Positions 13,031 to 27,231 of a DNA stretch of 64,000 nucleotides are shown one piece after another. Below the pieces are notes generated by a model that was not told the origin of the DNA, did no database searches, and worked only from the letters and a program-made list of their open reading frames with translations. Made by a program: the position numbers and the translations under genes. Source of the stretch: Hydrolagus affinis (Eukaryota); NCBI GenBank assembly GCA_012026655.1, contig JAAILG010000979.1, positions 1 through 64,000 of the forward strand. The letters are read 5' to 3'. The stretch's first letter is position 1; every line of letters starts with the position of its first letter.

Positions 13031-14529
13031 TGTGCAGGATTTTGCAAATTGATATCTGTGGCTTTTTCACTATGAATTACGTTGCTGAACGTTAGACTGC
13101 TCTTTCATAGAGGAACTCCTCAGCTGTAACATCCTGAAAGAGACATCCACACAGCATTGAAGGCAGGAACGAGGAGGAAACATAATTCATCACTTTATGT
13201 ACACAAGCTATTGTAAAGAAACCACATTACAGGAAGCAACCTCAAGGCATTGCAATGGTAACAAGCTGTGGCCGAGGAGTGCCAGGGCACGAGCCTGCTG
13301 TAATAATTCCCCTATTTAACTTCAATCAGAGATGCAGCTGGTGAGCAGGGACCAGGCAATTTCCCACATGGAGCGGTAGAAAACCAGAGTGCGAATCCCA
13401 CAATGCCAATCTCATTTGTCTCATGAAGGCTACCTCAAAAATACCATTCAGCGGCGCGGAAACAGGTAATCTGCCTCATCGCGTTGGCATGGGGCCAGAA
13501 GCCACAATGGGAATAGACCTGGAAGTGAGTTGTGGGTGAAAAGCAAGAGTGTTGGAAGAGCGAACTCAAACATTGTACTTGGCTGGCAAACCAGGAACAG
13601 CCTTGGGTACCATGAGCCTTGTGCATCTCGTTTTATGTCTTTTCAAATGAGAGGCAGATGTGGTACCACTGAGCCCCACACACCACGATTCATCATGAAC
13701 ACATGGAATGGAGCACATGGAATGTAAACACTAACTCAAGTTTCCCCTCCCACAAAAAGAAACACAATTCTAATGCAAAATTGACCAGAGTTCAAAATAG
13801 CTACTAGGCCGAGTTATAAAAAAATATTTTAGCCAAAAATGAGCTTGGCAATCGGCAATGTGTCAGCCACTTGTTCCTGCTTCCAATCACTATCCAGTCA
13901 GCCCAGATGAAAAGTGTGCAAGTGTGTAAAAAAAAGCTTGGCTGTGATATTGAGTTGGTTTAATTGCCTCCTGACAGATGCTGGGGAGGTTTTGGGGGAG
14001 ACAATTGGGAAAACAATTACCACTGATGGAGACATATTTAGGAATTCCCCAAGGCTTTGAGCAGACAAGACTACATTTCAGTCAATAATCCATCATCGGG
14101 TTTGCTGTTTGCAATGATACAGGCCTCCCCTGCCTCTATTCTTGGCATCTCCAACAGCTTTTGAAATGGGCAGCAGAACGGGTACCAGCACCCATGAAGA
14201 GGCACAGTTCTGATCTGAACCCTGATAGGAAGTCAGCACAAGAATTTCAGTTAAGTAATTTCATCTTTCCTGGCTTCGGCTCAAGATGATATCGGCTGCA
14301 AAGATTTACGAGATTTCAAAATTACCGCATAACTCGAGAGCATTTGGGAAACCGGTAAATCTTTCCTTTCTCTCCCTCCCTTCCTTGACTATCAAATATT
14401 CTGCTACTGATGGACAATAGGCCAACTCTGAAAAACACCATCTTTTGGTAAATAGACAATAACTATACCAGCCTTTGAGAGGAGAGTCATTCACAACTTC
14501 ATAACTTTTTTTTAACATTGTGTCTACAC

Positions 14530-15392
14530 TAGTTGGCAGCTCAGTTTGTGGCACTTTCACCTCTGAGTAGGAAGATTGTGGGTTCAAGTCTCATGTCAGG
14601 ACTTTGAATAGTTTAATCTGACACTCCAATATAGTACCGGGGGTGTGCTGCATTGGTAGAGATGCCGCCCTTCAGATGAGAGCCTAAACTGAGGCTCTAT
14701 CTGTTTAGATAGGTGGATATAAAAACTAAGAATGTTATGTTTTATAGCGGTGCGTGAATTGTGTGCTAGATAGGCTGGTTTACTAAAAAGAGAATCATTA
14801 AAACAAATTGTATTTGATTGCTGTGTTTTCAGCGTGGCACATTGTGAAGAGAGAGAGAAAAAAATACATAATTGCTGTACAAGATTGCTAGTTCTGAATT
14901 GGTTATATTAGAGAAAAGTATTTTTGTTATATTAACAGTTCAGTCTTATGGTGACGTGTGAAAAATAAGTAGTGCTTATAGAGCAATGGGAAGGAGTGAG
15001 CAAATCAACAATGCTCTCAACCACAGTCTCTCCTTCAACACCGTGAAAAAGGAAAGATTCAAAGCACAATGTTTTCTCTGTTCCCATTGCTAAAATAACA
15101 CGACCGTATCTTCCAGGGTTTGTTTTCGTCCTTGGTTGTTCATTTTCTTGGGAAAGAAATGGATGCTAAAGATCCAATGGAGATTTGAAGGGAGATTCCC
15201 TGATCAACAATCTCCAAAATAAAAAAAAATGCAGTCATTCATTTCACGGCTGTTTGTGGGACATGGTTGCGTGAAAATTGGCTGCCGTGCTCACCAACAA
15301 ATACTGTCCACTTCACAGCAAATTCCATGAAGCGCTTTGGGACATTCTCCTAACCTGAAAGGCATTATACCAACTGCAAGGATTATTATGAT
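14530..15392 (+). mobile_element. DeuSINE in two pieces (5' part 14530-14722, 3' part 15159-15392) separated by about 435 bp
   Basis: Head and Deu domain run up to ggtggatataaaa. Homology resumes at atggatgctaaagatcc and continues through ggctgtttgtgggac...attggctgccg...gaagcgctttgggac...gcaaggattattat. Confidence 0.7.
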
Positions 15393-15519
15393 AAGGTGGT
15401 CCAATGACTTGTGTGCATGACATGGGGTCCAATGACATGGGTTATGAAGATGGTAGAGCCATATGAGCTACAGTGGGTTTGAGTGATGGGCAATTGACAA
15501 TGACCAGCAAAGTGACCCA

Positions 15520-15757
15520 GGGTAGCCTTTAGTAGCCTTTACCATCCATATACCTTACTCTACCTCCACAACATCATCCTGATCAGCGTAGACCTTTGCA
15601 CATGGAATGAATTCACGATCCACATTGAGATATCAACATTTTCGCTTTGTGGAGGAAAATGCTTTCCCACACACCTTAACCCCCTCACTCTCTTTTCTTA
15701 CGTGCTCTAGATGCTATCCTGCATGAGGGTGCTATATAGATGCAAGTTGTTGTTGTG
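15520..15757 (+). mobile_element. L2 LINE 3' remnant
   Basis: Ends in gagggtgctatatagatgcaagttgttgttgt, the L2-type tail seen throughout the window. Confidence 0.55.
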
Positions 15758-18700
15758 CTTCTATCCTCTGTATCTGGAACTAAATATTTCACGAATGCAC
15801 AGCAGCATTCTGTTGTTCCTCCCAGGAATGATTAAATGCGTACAACATAAAGGATAGCAGAGTAACTCTGTACCCTCCCCCCTTTCAGTTGAACTTTGCA
15901 TGGGTTTTAAAACATAGTCTCTCTCACCGTCTCTTCGTCTCAAGTTATGAAGATATGATCCCAAAAGGATATCACATTTCACAGGTTGCTTCATTATTAT
16001 GAATACAACCTTTCATCGCAAATTATTAATGGATTATTAACCGTAACCAGCATATCCTGCCCAAAGTACATTGACCTCAGGTGGTCTGTGCAAATAGTAC
16101 TGCTCTTTGTAACTTGAAGAATGCAGAGGCTAATAGCAAATTCCCCCCTCTCCTCCACCCCCCAACCACATGTTCTCTCATTCGTGCCTGAAAGATACAA
16201 ATCAATGTTGAGACCGATCTTGTTCTCAACAGCATTGACAGCCAAGCATCATTTGGAAAACAATCAAGAACAGAAGCTAGACAATTTCTCTCTACCCCCC
16301 GCCAAGCCCAGGGACACTGGCTCAAACTCTTGCATATCTAGTACTGTTCTGGCCGAAGATAACGATCAACCAAGGGAGCTTCCTGTTCTGTATCACTCAG
16401 CAACACACCATCGGGCAACTGCAGGAGCTGGGGTTTAGGAAACGAGGGAGGCAAATTCTTTGCCACTGACAAATGGAAGCCTCGGAGTTGGAAATACACA
16501 AAATTAACCTTTTAATTTCTTCACATTCGGACATTGTCCCCCAGATTATTACACATCCAGTATTGGCAGGGCATGGGAACAAGCAACTCAACAAGTCCAG
16601 TCGAATACTCTACTGCGTTTGTAAGGACAAGGAGACACATAAAAAAGTAAGAGTAAAAATGGAGAGGATTAAACTTCCGAGAGCCTGTGAAGACTACATT
16701 CAATGATGCACTGAATCCCTGTAGCTGGGAAAGTTGCTCAAGCACTGAGCAGCTGCAGGATGGATGCCAAGCCAAGCACTGTAAACACTGTAGAGTTTTG
16801 CAGATTCTTTACTCAGTTTGAGACACACAGTCACGATCTCCACAAAGAAAGAACGCAGAGCCAACTTCCAAACACGGATCTCCATTACAGAGTCCTGCAC
16901 ATGCTCTGCAAATAGATTCTTGGACATTCACGCAAATGGTGTGGAAATGTTCCAAAATTCCTTCGGGGGATCTGAGCAAGGGCAGACAAAACATTAAAGC
17001 GATTTGTTCACTATTCATCCACTGCACTATTTTTATTTCATTCGAAAAGGAGCCACACAGAGCACCAAACAACATCTGCCTAATGCACCTTTTAATCTAA
17101 TGATAATCACAAAATGGGTTTAAAATAAAGCTACAATCCACCCAAGGGACATTGATCATCGTTAAAGCCAAAGGACAGAGGCAAGCATCCCATTTCTGCC
17201 TGTTTCTACCCACTTCGGTCCTTGCTCTCAGTCTTCGTTTCTATCTACCACATCAGAATTTAGCTTGAACTCACATTAAGCCACATTGAGCAGTCGAAAT
17301 TTGAAAACAAAAGCAAATTTCAACTTTTTTTAAAAAAAATTACGTACCAAGTTTGAAACCAAAGTTATTTTACATAACACAATTGTGAATCCTGGTTTGC
17401 AGATTGGTAATAACCCAAACTATCAACTGCATTTTCATTTTGAAGATAAGCTGGGCAATGGGAAAGAAGCTCTTGTTACAATGTGCTTTGTGGTTTACTT
17501 ACTGGGGTTAACATCTTGACATATTTCTAAACTTCAAATCCAAACTTGCAACATAACATGATCAAAATGTTCCCCTCTCTCCCTCCCCACTCCCCCCCAC
17601 CCCCACCCCCACCCCACACATCCCTCCCCCAGTCTGAACTGTCCTTGAAATCACACTGCTCTGTTTTCTAAAAGAGGACTAGGTGTTTGAAGCACGGTCT
17701 TGTATTTTCTGGCATGATGGGTGCTGATGGAGTTGGCCGGCATGTGTCCAGCGAGGCACCAGCCATGTGATTGGTGCTCTCACGAGACAGAAACGCTGGC
17801 TGGCGACTGCTCTCGATTGTGCCCTATTATTAGGTGGGTTGGAATTTTGTGGAACCCAAAGTACTGTAGTATGTATTGATTGGGTTCTACTATAATCACA
17901 ATCTCCCTATCAACCACATTGGAAAAAGTGCTTCATTTATACACTGGTACCGCAAAACTGAACGGAAGAGAATCACTAAAGCGCTCTGAGATGCTACCTT
18001 GGGCGGAGAGTGCAATATCAGTGCAAGTTAATTGTTGGAATTCTCAACGAGGCTGCACAGAGTAACCAGGACAAAGAGAGAAATTTTCAGGCTGGTCTCT
18101 ACCTATAAAACAATGAATTTATTTATTTTAAAAAAAGCATAGAGATGAAGTTAATTTTAATGAAATTACCGTATCCATTACTCGCTTTGTGAACTTAAAC
18201 GAATTATCTTGACCCAGATGATAATCATTTTTACAGGAAGAACGGCGTCACTTTTACCACAGCTCAAGCAGTAAACAAAACTGCCAGCACTCCCAAATAC
18301 AATGTAATGCTGCCACCTACGCTTCCAGCTGCAATACAGCGCTGACACTCATGCTCAAAAAGGACAGCATAAAATAAAACAGCCATTCATGAGACACCTA
18401 TATGTATTAATATCCTAAATAAGAAACTAGGCTAAGTTTGCAGCCTTGAATTCACTTCAGAGTTTTGATAAATTCTATAACTTCCATAGAACTATAGTAA
18501 AGGAGAAGATGATTCAGAATGTTTTTTGTGGGACTTTGCTAGGTGTAAATTTTTGCCCATTTGTCGACAAAATGGACAGCAGCGGATTTCACAGTTAAGT
18601 TCTGTGAAGCACTTTGAGATGTCTTGATAAATGTGATAAGACGCTACATCAAATTCAAGGACTTTATTGTATTTTCAGCTCATCAAAGTGAAAATGATGC

Positions 18701-21700
18701 TCGCTCATCCACTTGAACCAATTCCTTAATCTTTTCTCATGCTCTTTTATATTGTCTCACTTCAAAAGTGTATCAAATTCCCTTTTAAATGTTGTACAAC
18801 CTAAGTATCAAATAACCACTTGAGGCAACACATTGAACATGATGTGTGCGTACTTTTTTTTAAAAACTTTTATTGGCATCTTCAAAGTTCATAGATGGAC
18901 AAGTCATGCAGTCACATGGAATTCACATTGGAATTCACATGGTAGTCAAATTGCAGTCAATTATGTAGAGACAGGTACACATTGGATCGTTAGATATTCT
19001 GGGTACTTTCTGGTTGCCAGAAGCAACTCAGTGTAGATGATTGGCAGTACACACAGTGTCATTGATCCATGGAGAAAGTCAATGCAAGTCTGGCCACAGT
19101 TGAGGTGCAACGTGACCAGCGTTCACACATCACCTCAGTCGCTTGCCGCAAATACAAGCTGGTATCATCACAGGACCACTCATTAAATCTTACGTCCTGA
19201 GCAGCTTTATTAGCCTGCCACAGTCACACCTGTTATATTGTGCTCAGAATGGCAAAGTACGGCCTTAAAATGTTATTAATAAAGAACAAATGTCTATCAA
19301 TAAATTTAAAGCAGTAATTTAATCTCAGGTTTTGCTGATGTTCATTAACCACTCGACCCGCACTCTCACAGTTTGGGCCATTGTCAGAACCACGCTTATT
19401 GCCTTGTAACTCACTGCCTGTCACCTAACATTGTGCACGCATATGGTCTGTATTAGTCAAATCTAAGATTATTCTAAGAAAAAATCTACGTTGAGTTGAT
19501 GTCTGTGTGTGCCCATGTGTGAAAGTCAGCATTCTATTTTTTTTTTAAAATCAGATCAGATATCAAAACGATCATTCACACAGGCACTGTGACTTGATGA
19601 ATAAGCACAGGTTTGTGTTCTGCTGAGTGCAGGGGTAACGCGACACTGTGGTCTGAGCCCCAGAACAGTTACAGCCATTGCACATTTCAACACAGATTTG
19701 GAAGGTCTTAAGTCACTACGTGTCTTCATCAAAACCAGTATAAAACGTGCCAGAGACTTGCTGACAAGCCCTGAATTGCTTGAGATCCACTTTCAGCAGT
19801 TTAGTGTTAATATTGTAGCGGGCTAGCCTTAGCGAAACACTACAGCTTGGTTTCTGGACTCTTAAACACGGTGGTGGTTTTCCACCCAGCTGCCGAAAAA
19901 AAATGAGGCAATATTAATGCAATATTCTGATACAGTTTAAACTATATATTTTTTAAGTCCTTTTTTTTAAGAAATCAGACTTGCTTGTTGCTTTGTTTGA
20001 AATTCAATTTCCATATGGTTATTATTGCCCAGGTTACTGACAAATTGAATAACTTTCACAGAGCTTTCTATACCTAGAGCTCCACTTTCAGCTGAACACT
20101 TTCTGTGCTACTCGGCTACGCTGTAAGAACGGTTACAATTTTGATTTTAAATGATTATTGCCTAATGAATCGGCGAATTAAACCAATTCCTTCTAGTCCA
20201 TTGAAGCAGCTGGGCTTGCTTGGACTAGTAAATTATTTTATTGTACTATCAAAACAGAGGTTCAGCCACAGTTTTTAGGAGAAGATTTCTCAGAGGAATC
20301 AGAAAGTAAACAGCAGCAAGCAATCCCCAGGGCACAAACAGGTCCCAGCAAGCAAGCAAACTACGAAAACGGTATACAGGGACACATTATCCCAAAAATA
20401 TAAGCTCATACGCAGCAATACTTTAATCCAAATAGCAATATTAGTTACTACAGTAGTAATGTTACAAGAGTATAAGACTGTAGCCAGCAATACATTATCT
20501 AGACAATATACTGTACTAGTTACCAGCAATCTTTCTGAGAGGTTCTTATTGCTAACAGCACATATTACATCAATAAGGTCAAGCCCAGGAGCACCCAATA
20601 TTCACAAGGTCTTCATTCAGTTATGATTGTAAGGCTTTAAATACAGTTACTCCACCATTGATTATTAAGATTTACCATACAAGGGCACCATTTATATGGA
20701 TTATCACAAATTACTGCGATCTGAACATGGCCCATTAAACAAGGGTGAGTGTGCATATTTCACACGATGAAAGCTAAAATTAGTGCAACTGAGTGACACA
20801 CAAAGGCACACAGACAATTATGAAAGAGCAGGTAAGCCAGTGGCAAATTTACAACATAAGTTATCAATTTATTATAACACCCATCAATTCTGAAAATTGG
20901 GCAGGTTTCTTTACTTTGAAGTATCATCTGTTATTAATTCCGAGGTCAGTGGGCTGAGGATGAGTTTTTAGCATGGTAACGACTAGGGAACCAAGGTCAG
21001 GATGAATATCTCCCAGCAAAGCTTTGAAGGTTTAAAAAAAACGATCTAAAGCTTTTCTCCAAACAGTGCGTTTTAATGCTCTTTAAGGCATCCTAACATA
21101 ACTAACCCATCTCTCCAGTAGACTGTGACCAGTCAAGTATACACACACCTTACTTTCTCTGAATGGTAACAGGGAAAAATCAGCAAAATAAAACACAATA
21201 TCACAACTCACATCAGTTTACATCATGTGCAGCTTCTAAAGTCACGAGAACGTAACTTTTGTAACTTATTTTGGAGTTGTAGTACCTATCAACACTTCAC
21301 AATACTGTACTGTAGTACTGACCTAATACAGTGGAGGAATCAGGTCACATTTACACGTGTAACTGGAATGCTGCCCTATACTAATAACAACAACAAAAAC
21401 AAGTTGTATTTATATTGCGCCCTTCACACCGGACGGTGTCTCGGAACGCTTATATGGCGTCCGAGACAGTATCTGTCTCTAGGGGCAGAATGGTCTAAGA
21501 TTCTTAGACCATTAAGAATGGTCTTAATTCTAAGATCTACTTTTGATAGGGGTGGTAGGGAGGGCTGTGAGATACAGGATTCAAATTAAAAATAATTAGA
21601 TTTCTAAGGAGACTTGAGCTTGCACACGAGGCAGAGGGAGAAACCATTGAGACGTTCGCAATCTATAATTTGTCAAATGGTCACAAATGGTGTACAGGAT

Positions 21701-22009
21701 CACTGAGGTTCATCCACCTGAATATAATTAGAATGGTCTGATCAGTAAATCTTGGGACCAATGACTGAGAACAAAACATCCAGTATTGGCACTCAACAGC
21801 ACGTTTAATGATGTTGACTTAAAGCCTGGGAGTTGAGCCTAATTTTATATCAAGGCCCAAAGGAAGCTACTTAAAAGTGAAAACAAAGCCACAGTATTTG
21901 GAGTTGGTAGATGAAATGAGTCACTAAATGGTGTACAATGCCTGTCGAGAATGGATATTATCGCACGCAGCATCGAAAATAAAAAGGGGGCCTTGTGTAC
22001 TAATACAAA

Positions 22010-22282
22010 AATAATAATTATTGTATTTAAGATAGCGGCTTTTCACATCTTTTAGACATCACAAAGTGCTTTGCAGAATATACCGTAAAGTGAATTGACT
22101 GTATGTTTTGTGGGCGTAACGTGGCAGACAATTGGCAAACAGAAGTGTCCCACAAACAGTCATGGATTGAGTGACCAAATTATTCTTGTTTTTCTTGAGG
22201 GATTATTATCAGGTGTGGAGTAAGGAAACTTGACCAAGGTTTAGCCCTGCCTGGAATCGAACCGAGGTCTGTCGCTTGTGAC
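22010..22282 (-). mobile_element. Young tRNA-SINE copy, truncated at the 5' end
   Basis: (TAA)n tail, cccacaaacagtcatggattga, gtgtggagtaaggaaacttgaccaaggttt and B-box ggaatcgaacc. Confidence 0.85.
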
Positions 22283-25200
22283 CATCAGGCAGTGATGCAG
22301 CCTTTTTATTCCAATCTCAAACACACAAACCGGGGGTCAGAGCCACCCAGGAGCTCATACTCTGTACAGGGTGTGTTGTGTGGAGCCATTGCGATGATCT
22401 GTCAGTTGCTGACTGTGGGGGATTCAAAGCCAACAAGGATATGACGCAAACCCACCCGATCTGTAGCATGGCAATGTGACTCGTTCCCCGTGGCTCGTTA
22501 ATGACCCACTTGAAACGTTAAGACCGAATTCAGCAAATTTGCCAACTTCTAAACTTGAATCTTCAGTCAATCCAGGCCCTTACTTATTGCTTGCTAGGTA
22601 AGCAGAAGTAGGCGAGGTAAGGAAACGTCCAACGTATTGCCCTGCTGGGTACTCTCCAAGATCACCTTCCAAAGCCATACAAACTCAATGTATCAAAAAA
22701 AGGTATTCGGGTTTTGGGAGGGCAGAGCAGTTAAGAATCTGATCTGAAGCCACAACAGATAGATAAAATAGAAAAGGGTGACAAAATAAGAGTGATAGAG
22801 GGAGTTCGGGCTGGAGGTAGATTCCAGAGGTTAGGGTCATAGGAATTGGATGGATTGGCAATCTATGGTGACAAAGAGAGGCCAGGTAACATGTAGCACA
22901 TTCGAGATAGCTGAGCAGAGGGGGAAGAATTTGATAACTACTCGAAGGAATCTGGGAACACTTGAGTACTAAAAGGAAAGAAAAAATCAAGCGCAGTGGA
23001 AATATGAAGAACATAAAGATAAAAGTTCGCCTCATGCCTGGAGAAATTATCGAGGGCTCAGCCAAGTATTTCAACGGTTTAAAAATATCCTCTGTTAAGT
23101 CAGAGTCTCCATGGTTACCAAGCATATTAACCATCGGGCCCGCAACCAGCTTCGAATATAAAAAGCTGTAACCTTTCCAGATTGAACTCCACCATCACCA
23201 CTTAGCAGTGAATAAGACTGTTAGCAAAAACATTTAATAAATTCCTTAGAAATATTCCATTATTCTTCAACGGCCAGCACAATAACAGCGCATTTGTTAT
23301 TAGTCAAACTGATGTTTTGTCCTCTCTTTTCTCCCACTGTTAACAGCGCTGGTTTCTTTTCTCTCTTGCTTTCTCAAAATGTACGTGACTTCTCGATGCT
23401 TGTGCTGGTTCCGATGGGGGTTCCTTATGGTACCTCATCGCAAGTAGCCATTATTTGTATATCAGCCTTAAGAGAGTAATCAGTAGATTATTGAACCACA
23501 AGGCACATTGCAGTGGAGCCTGAACCAGTCCTCATCTTATAATCCATTTCCACTTTCCAGTCGGAGAAAGAACCCTGGATGCCCTTTCCTCCTGGGCAAT
23601 TAGTGTCAATGCAGATGCTCACAACGAAAGAATGGCAACTTGGGCAATGCGCCAGAGAGGCTTATGCATTGTGTAATCTCGCAAGTCACTGCATTCAGAA
23701 AGAGGGCAAGTGGTGGGGAGTGTGTGTGTATGGGAGGGGTGGGGGGATGCATAGGTGTGATAAAGAAAACCACACACCATATTTAGTTCCATCTTAAAAT
23801 GAGAGTTGTGCTATCCAAATGGTTTTTGAGGGGGTTTCTAATATTGGAATTCTACCAATTTGTTGGCAATTATTTAGGAGAGTATGTCTCCTGATACCCC
23901 AGCAGGTCTGTCTAATCACAGGTCTTTGAGGTGAGCACCCATCACCTGGAATTCCACCCAACTTGCTGCTCTTCTGTATTTCCCAAGGAGCTCTCAATAC
24001 AGTGACAGATGCAATAAACTCAGTATCGAACTATGGCCAGTTTGGTAACAAAACGATTCACAATTACTTTAATGCAAAAAACAGTTGATTTAAATATTCT
24101 GTGTTCTACCGAGGCATGAGGGCTTATTACCGTACATCTGAATTGTGCTTTGGGAGTAAATTACTCATTTGCTTCAGTGGAGCTTGTCACATGAACTATT
24201 GGAATCTACAAAAGACAAGCTTTTTTATGTGAGTGAGTTTGGATATCATCAGGGCAACTGGTTTGGAAGACACACAGTCAAACAGTTGCAAAGGGAGCTG
24301 ACTTAATAACAGTGGAGACACATTCATTAACCAGGCGAACTACAGCTTCCAACCTAAAGTTGTCAAACTCAAATTTGCTTCAAGCCAGGTGAAATCAGTC
24401 ATATAAGTCTTAAAAATGATGCCATTTAAAAGAAACGAGGAAACAGGAGGTCAAATTATTTGATGTTTAATAATAGATTTCGCAAAGTGCTACAAAATCA
24501 TTAAATTTGTAAGCCTGGTCAGAAGTTCAAGACCGATATCAGGATTTTAAACTCACATAGCCAAGGATGACATTGCAATACAACGCTGGGATGGGGCTCA
24601 ACTATTGAAGATGCTATCTTTGGATGAGGCATTCAACTGAGGTTCCAACTGCCTGAACATGTGGATGTTTTACAGTCACTGCACTTTACAGTAAATCCAG
24701 TAAAGCACTTTGAGAAGTTATTAAGTGGTTCCACTCACTAGACTTTTAAATACAGGACTGTGTTGATGAATGGGTTAACCATGCAGATGAAGGGATTTTT
24801 AAAAAAATTGTTAAAGTTATCTTGCAACAAGCTGCAATTAAACAGCACTTAATGCTGCATGGCACAGAAACCCCTGATTATAGCTTTGAGCTGCATTTCC
24901 TGATACCCAAGTCAATGTGCCCTGCCGTACCTATTCAGAGTCAGTTTCCACTGAGCACAGACTTTAGAAAGGCTTTAAATTGGAGCCCCAGTGGCAAGGG
25001 GGAACAGGAAGCAGCGACAAAGAGCAAAGGCTCATTTCCAAAAATTGCTCCATAAATTGCTCTAATTATTTTAATGGCTGCACATAAAGGGTTCATTGAC
25101 AAGATCTGCTTCCCGCCCCCAAAGTTACTTGCGTTGTATAGAAACCATCAATTGATGGAAGTCAATAATGCTCAATTTTTGTTGTATCCTCTCATTCCCC

Positions 25201-25359
25201 CACTCCACCCCTCCCTTTAAGAAGCAGGATAAAGCTCAAATTAAACATTTGATTGATGCAATTCAAAATTCATTCTTTAACAGCATTAGCTTTCAGGGAC
25301 TGAATGACAGGCATTTGAGTGTTAGGATTATTCTGGTTCTCTTGATCACGGCAAGTTTC

Positions 25360-25540
25360 ATAGATTCGTAGAAATTTACGGCTCGAAAGGAGGCCATTCG
25401 GCCTGTCAAGTCTGCAGCAGCTTTCAGAGTCAACTGTCCTTTCCATGTTACATTCCCTCCCTCTCAAGTATGCCACAGTTCCATACTCCATAAAGCCTTT
25501 ATCTTTCATATACCCGTCTACTTCACGTTTGAATCGCTCA
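25360..25540 (-). mobile_element. CR1 LINE 3' end
   Basis: tagaaatttacggctcgaaaggaggccattcggcc is the reverse complement of the CR1 3' terminal hairpin and tail. Confidence 0.75.
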
Positions 25541-27231
25541 GTATGGTTTCAGAGTTGACTGGAGTAGAGTTGATTTGCTCTTCAAGTTTTATTTCAACTC
25601 TTAGTGAATGTTTGAAATAGAATAAACTCCTGAGAACTAGACACTTCAAGGGAAAGAGGCTCAGTAAAGAGTTATCCATAGTGGCCAGTTAGACATACAA
25701 AAAGGCACACACACACACACAAACAAACACATAAATGTGGCCAGGATATTGACAGACTTAGTGGTAATGACAAGTTAAGCTAACTATCAGTAGTATACTG
25801 TACCTCTCTAACTAACTGCTCATTCATAATCACACACACACTCTCCTCCATTCATTGTCTGTGTAACATTGCAACCTCAAACTAAACACACTGTGGCATG
25901 GACTCACCTTTGGAGGTACCTGTACTTTGGCAGTTGGCTTAAATCGAGATAAGTGGTAGCTATTTATTGCTTATTAAAAAAAAAGTTTCAGGAAACGTTT
26001 TCATAACAAATTGAAACGTTTTAAACAATGAAACACTGTCTCACCCACAGAATACTATGGGGTGAAATTGTAGACAAGGCAGTTATTTTATTTTGTTTCA
26101 TTAAAAAAAAGTCGCAATATAAGTTTTCATAACAAACTGAAATTTGCCTGAAAATCCAATCAGGCATAACAGTACATTTTCTCTTTCTTAATTCTTTATC
26201 GAAAACTTCAACAAGGGAAACGAGATATATGTTCATATTGATTTTAAAAACAGTCTGAAAGACTCAAAACATTGATCCCATTAAAGAGTTAATGGTCTCT
26301 CAAACTAGGCATACGAGAAGGAAAGGAAGAACTGAATGAACTAAGACACACAGCTTTTCTTTTCATAATCCAACATCTGGATAGATCTCGTCAAATAAAT
26401 GTACAGCACACGCCAGGGAACTCTCCCTAATGAACAATGGACTGAAGTCAGAGTTCAGACATCTCAATGTGTCCAGTGACAAAACAGGAATTCCCTGGGG
26501 ACTTTTTCTTTAAAAATGAGGCCCTTGCCTTATGTAATGTTAATCCACAGTAAGGTGGTCTTTCTCTCGTCCTCTCTGTTTCTCTGCCCAAGAATCCCAC
26601 CACCATTTGAAGTCTCACAACTGGCTTTTCCCAGGAGCAGCCCCAAGCAGCCTGAGAGACTCCAACCATTTAATCGGCAGAACCACTGAGTACACATTTA
26701 TTTCACATTTAATTTTTAGTTTTGTGCACGGGTTATACTGCAACATTTTTAACAAGTTTTCTGTAAAACAAAATGTGCTTCCCGTTCTCTTTACTTCCCC
26801 TACCCACCCCCACTCCCCCCCAATTGCACAGTAGGAAACCATGATAAGCCCACGGAGGCTCTGGTTGATTTTATACAGTCTATCCTTAAAAGATAGAAAG
26901 GTTTGTACTGAATCACTAACCTGCCGGCTGGATTGCATCACAATGACATTATTCCCTCCCCACCCACTGTCTGCTCAAGTTGAAATTCTGCTGTTCTGGA
27001 CACTAAACAGGCCAATATTGGAATCTCTGTTAACCATGTAAAACATGTGCTGTTAACCATGCTTTTTAAACTGTACCATTAACAGCGCCAGTGCCTTGGG
27101 ACATCCTCCTGACATGAAAGGCACTATACAAGTGTAATTGTTGTTGTTGTCGCCAAATACAGGAGCTTCCTGCAAGATCCATGCGAATAGGAAAGGACTT
27201 TCTAAATCATATCAACTGTACACTATTGTTG

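Noticed and set aside
16700-17075. Overlapping minus-strand ORFs with a possible acceptor site
   Set aside because: No similarity to PARD3B exon 3 and no matching donor found.
22685-23134. 149-aa minus-strand ORF
   Set aside because: Overlaps a decayed L2-like 3' segment and a low-complexity tract. No recognisable protein family.
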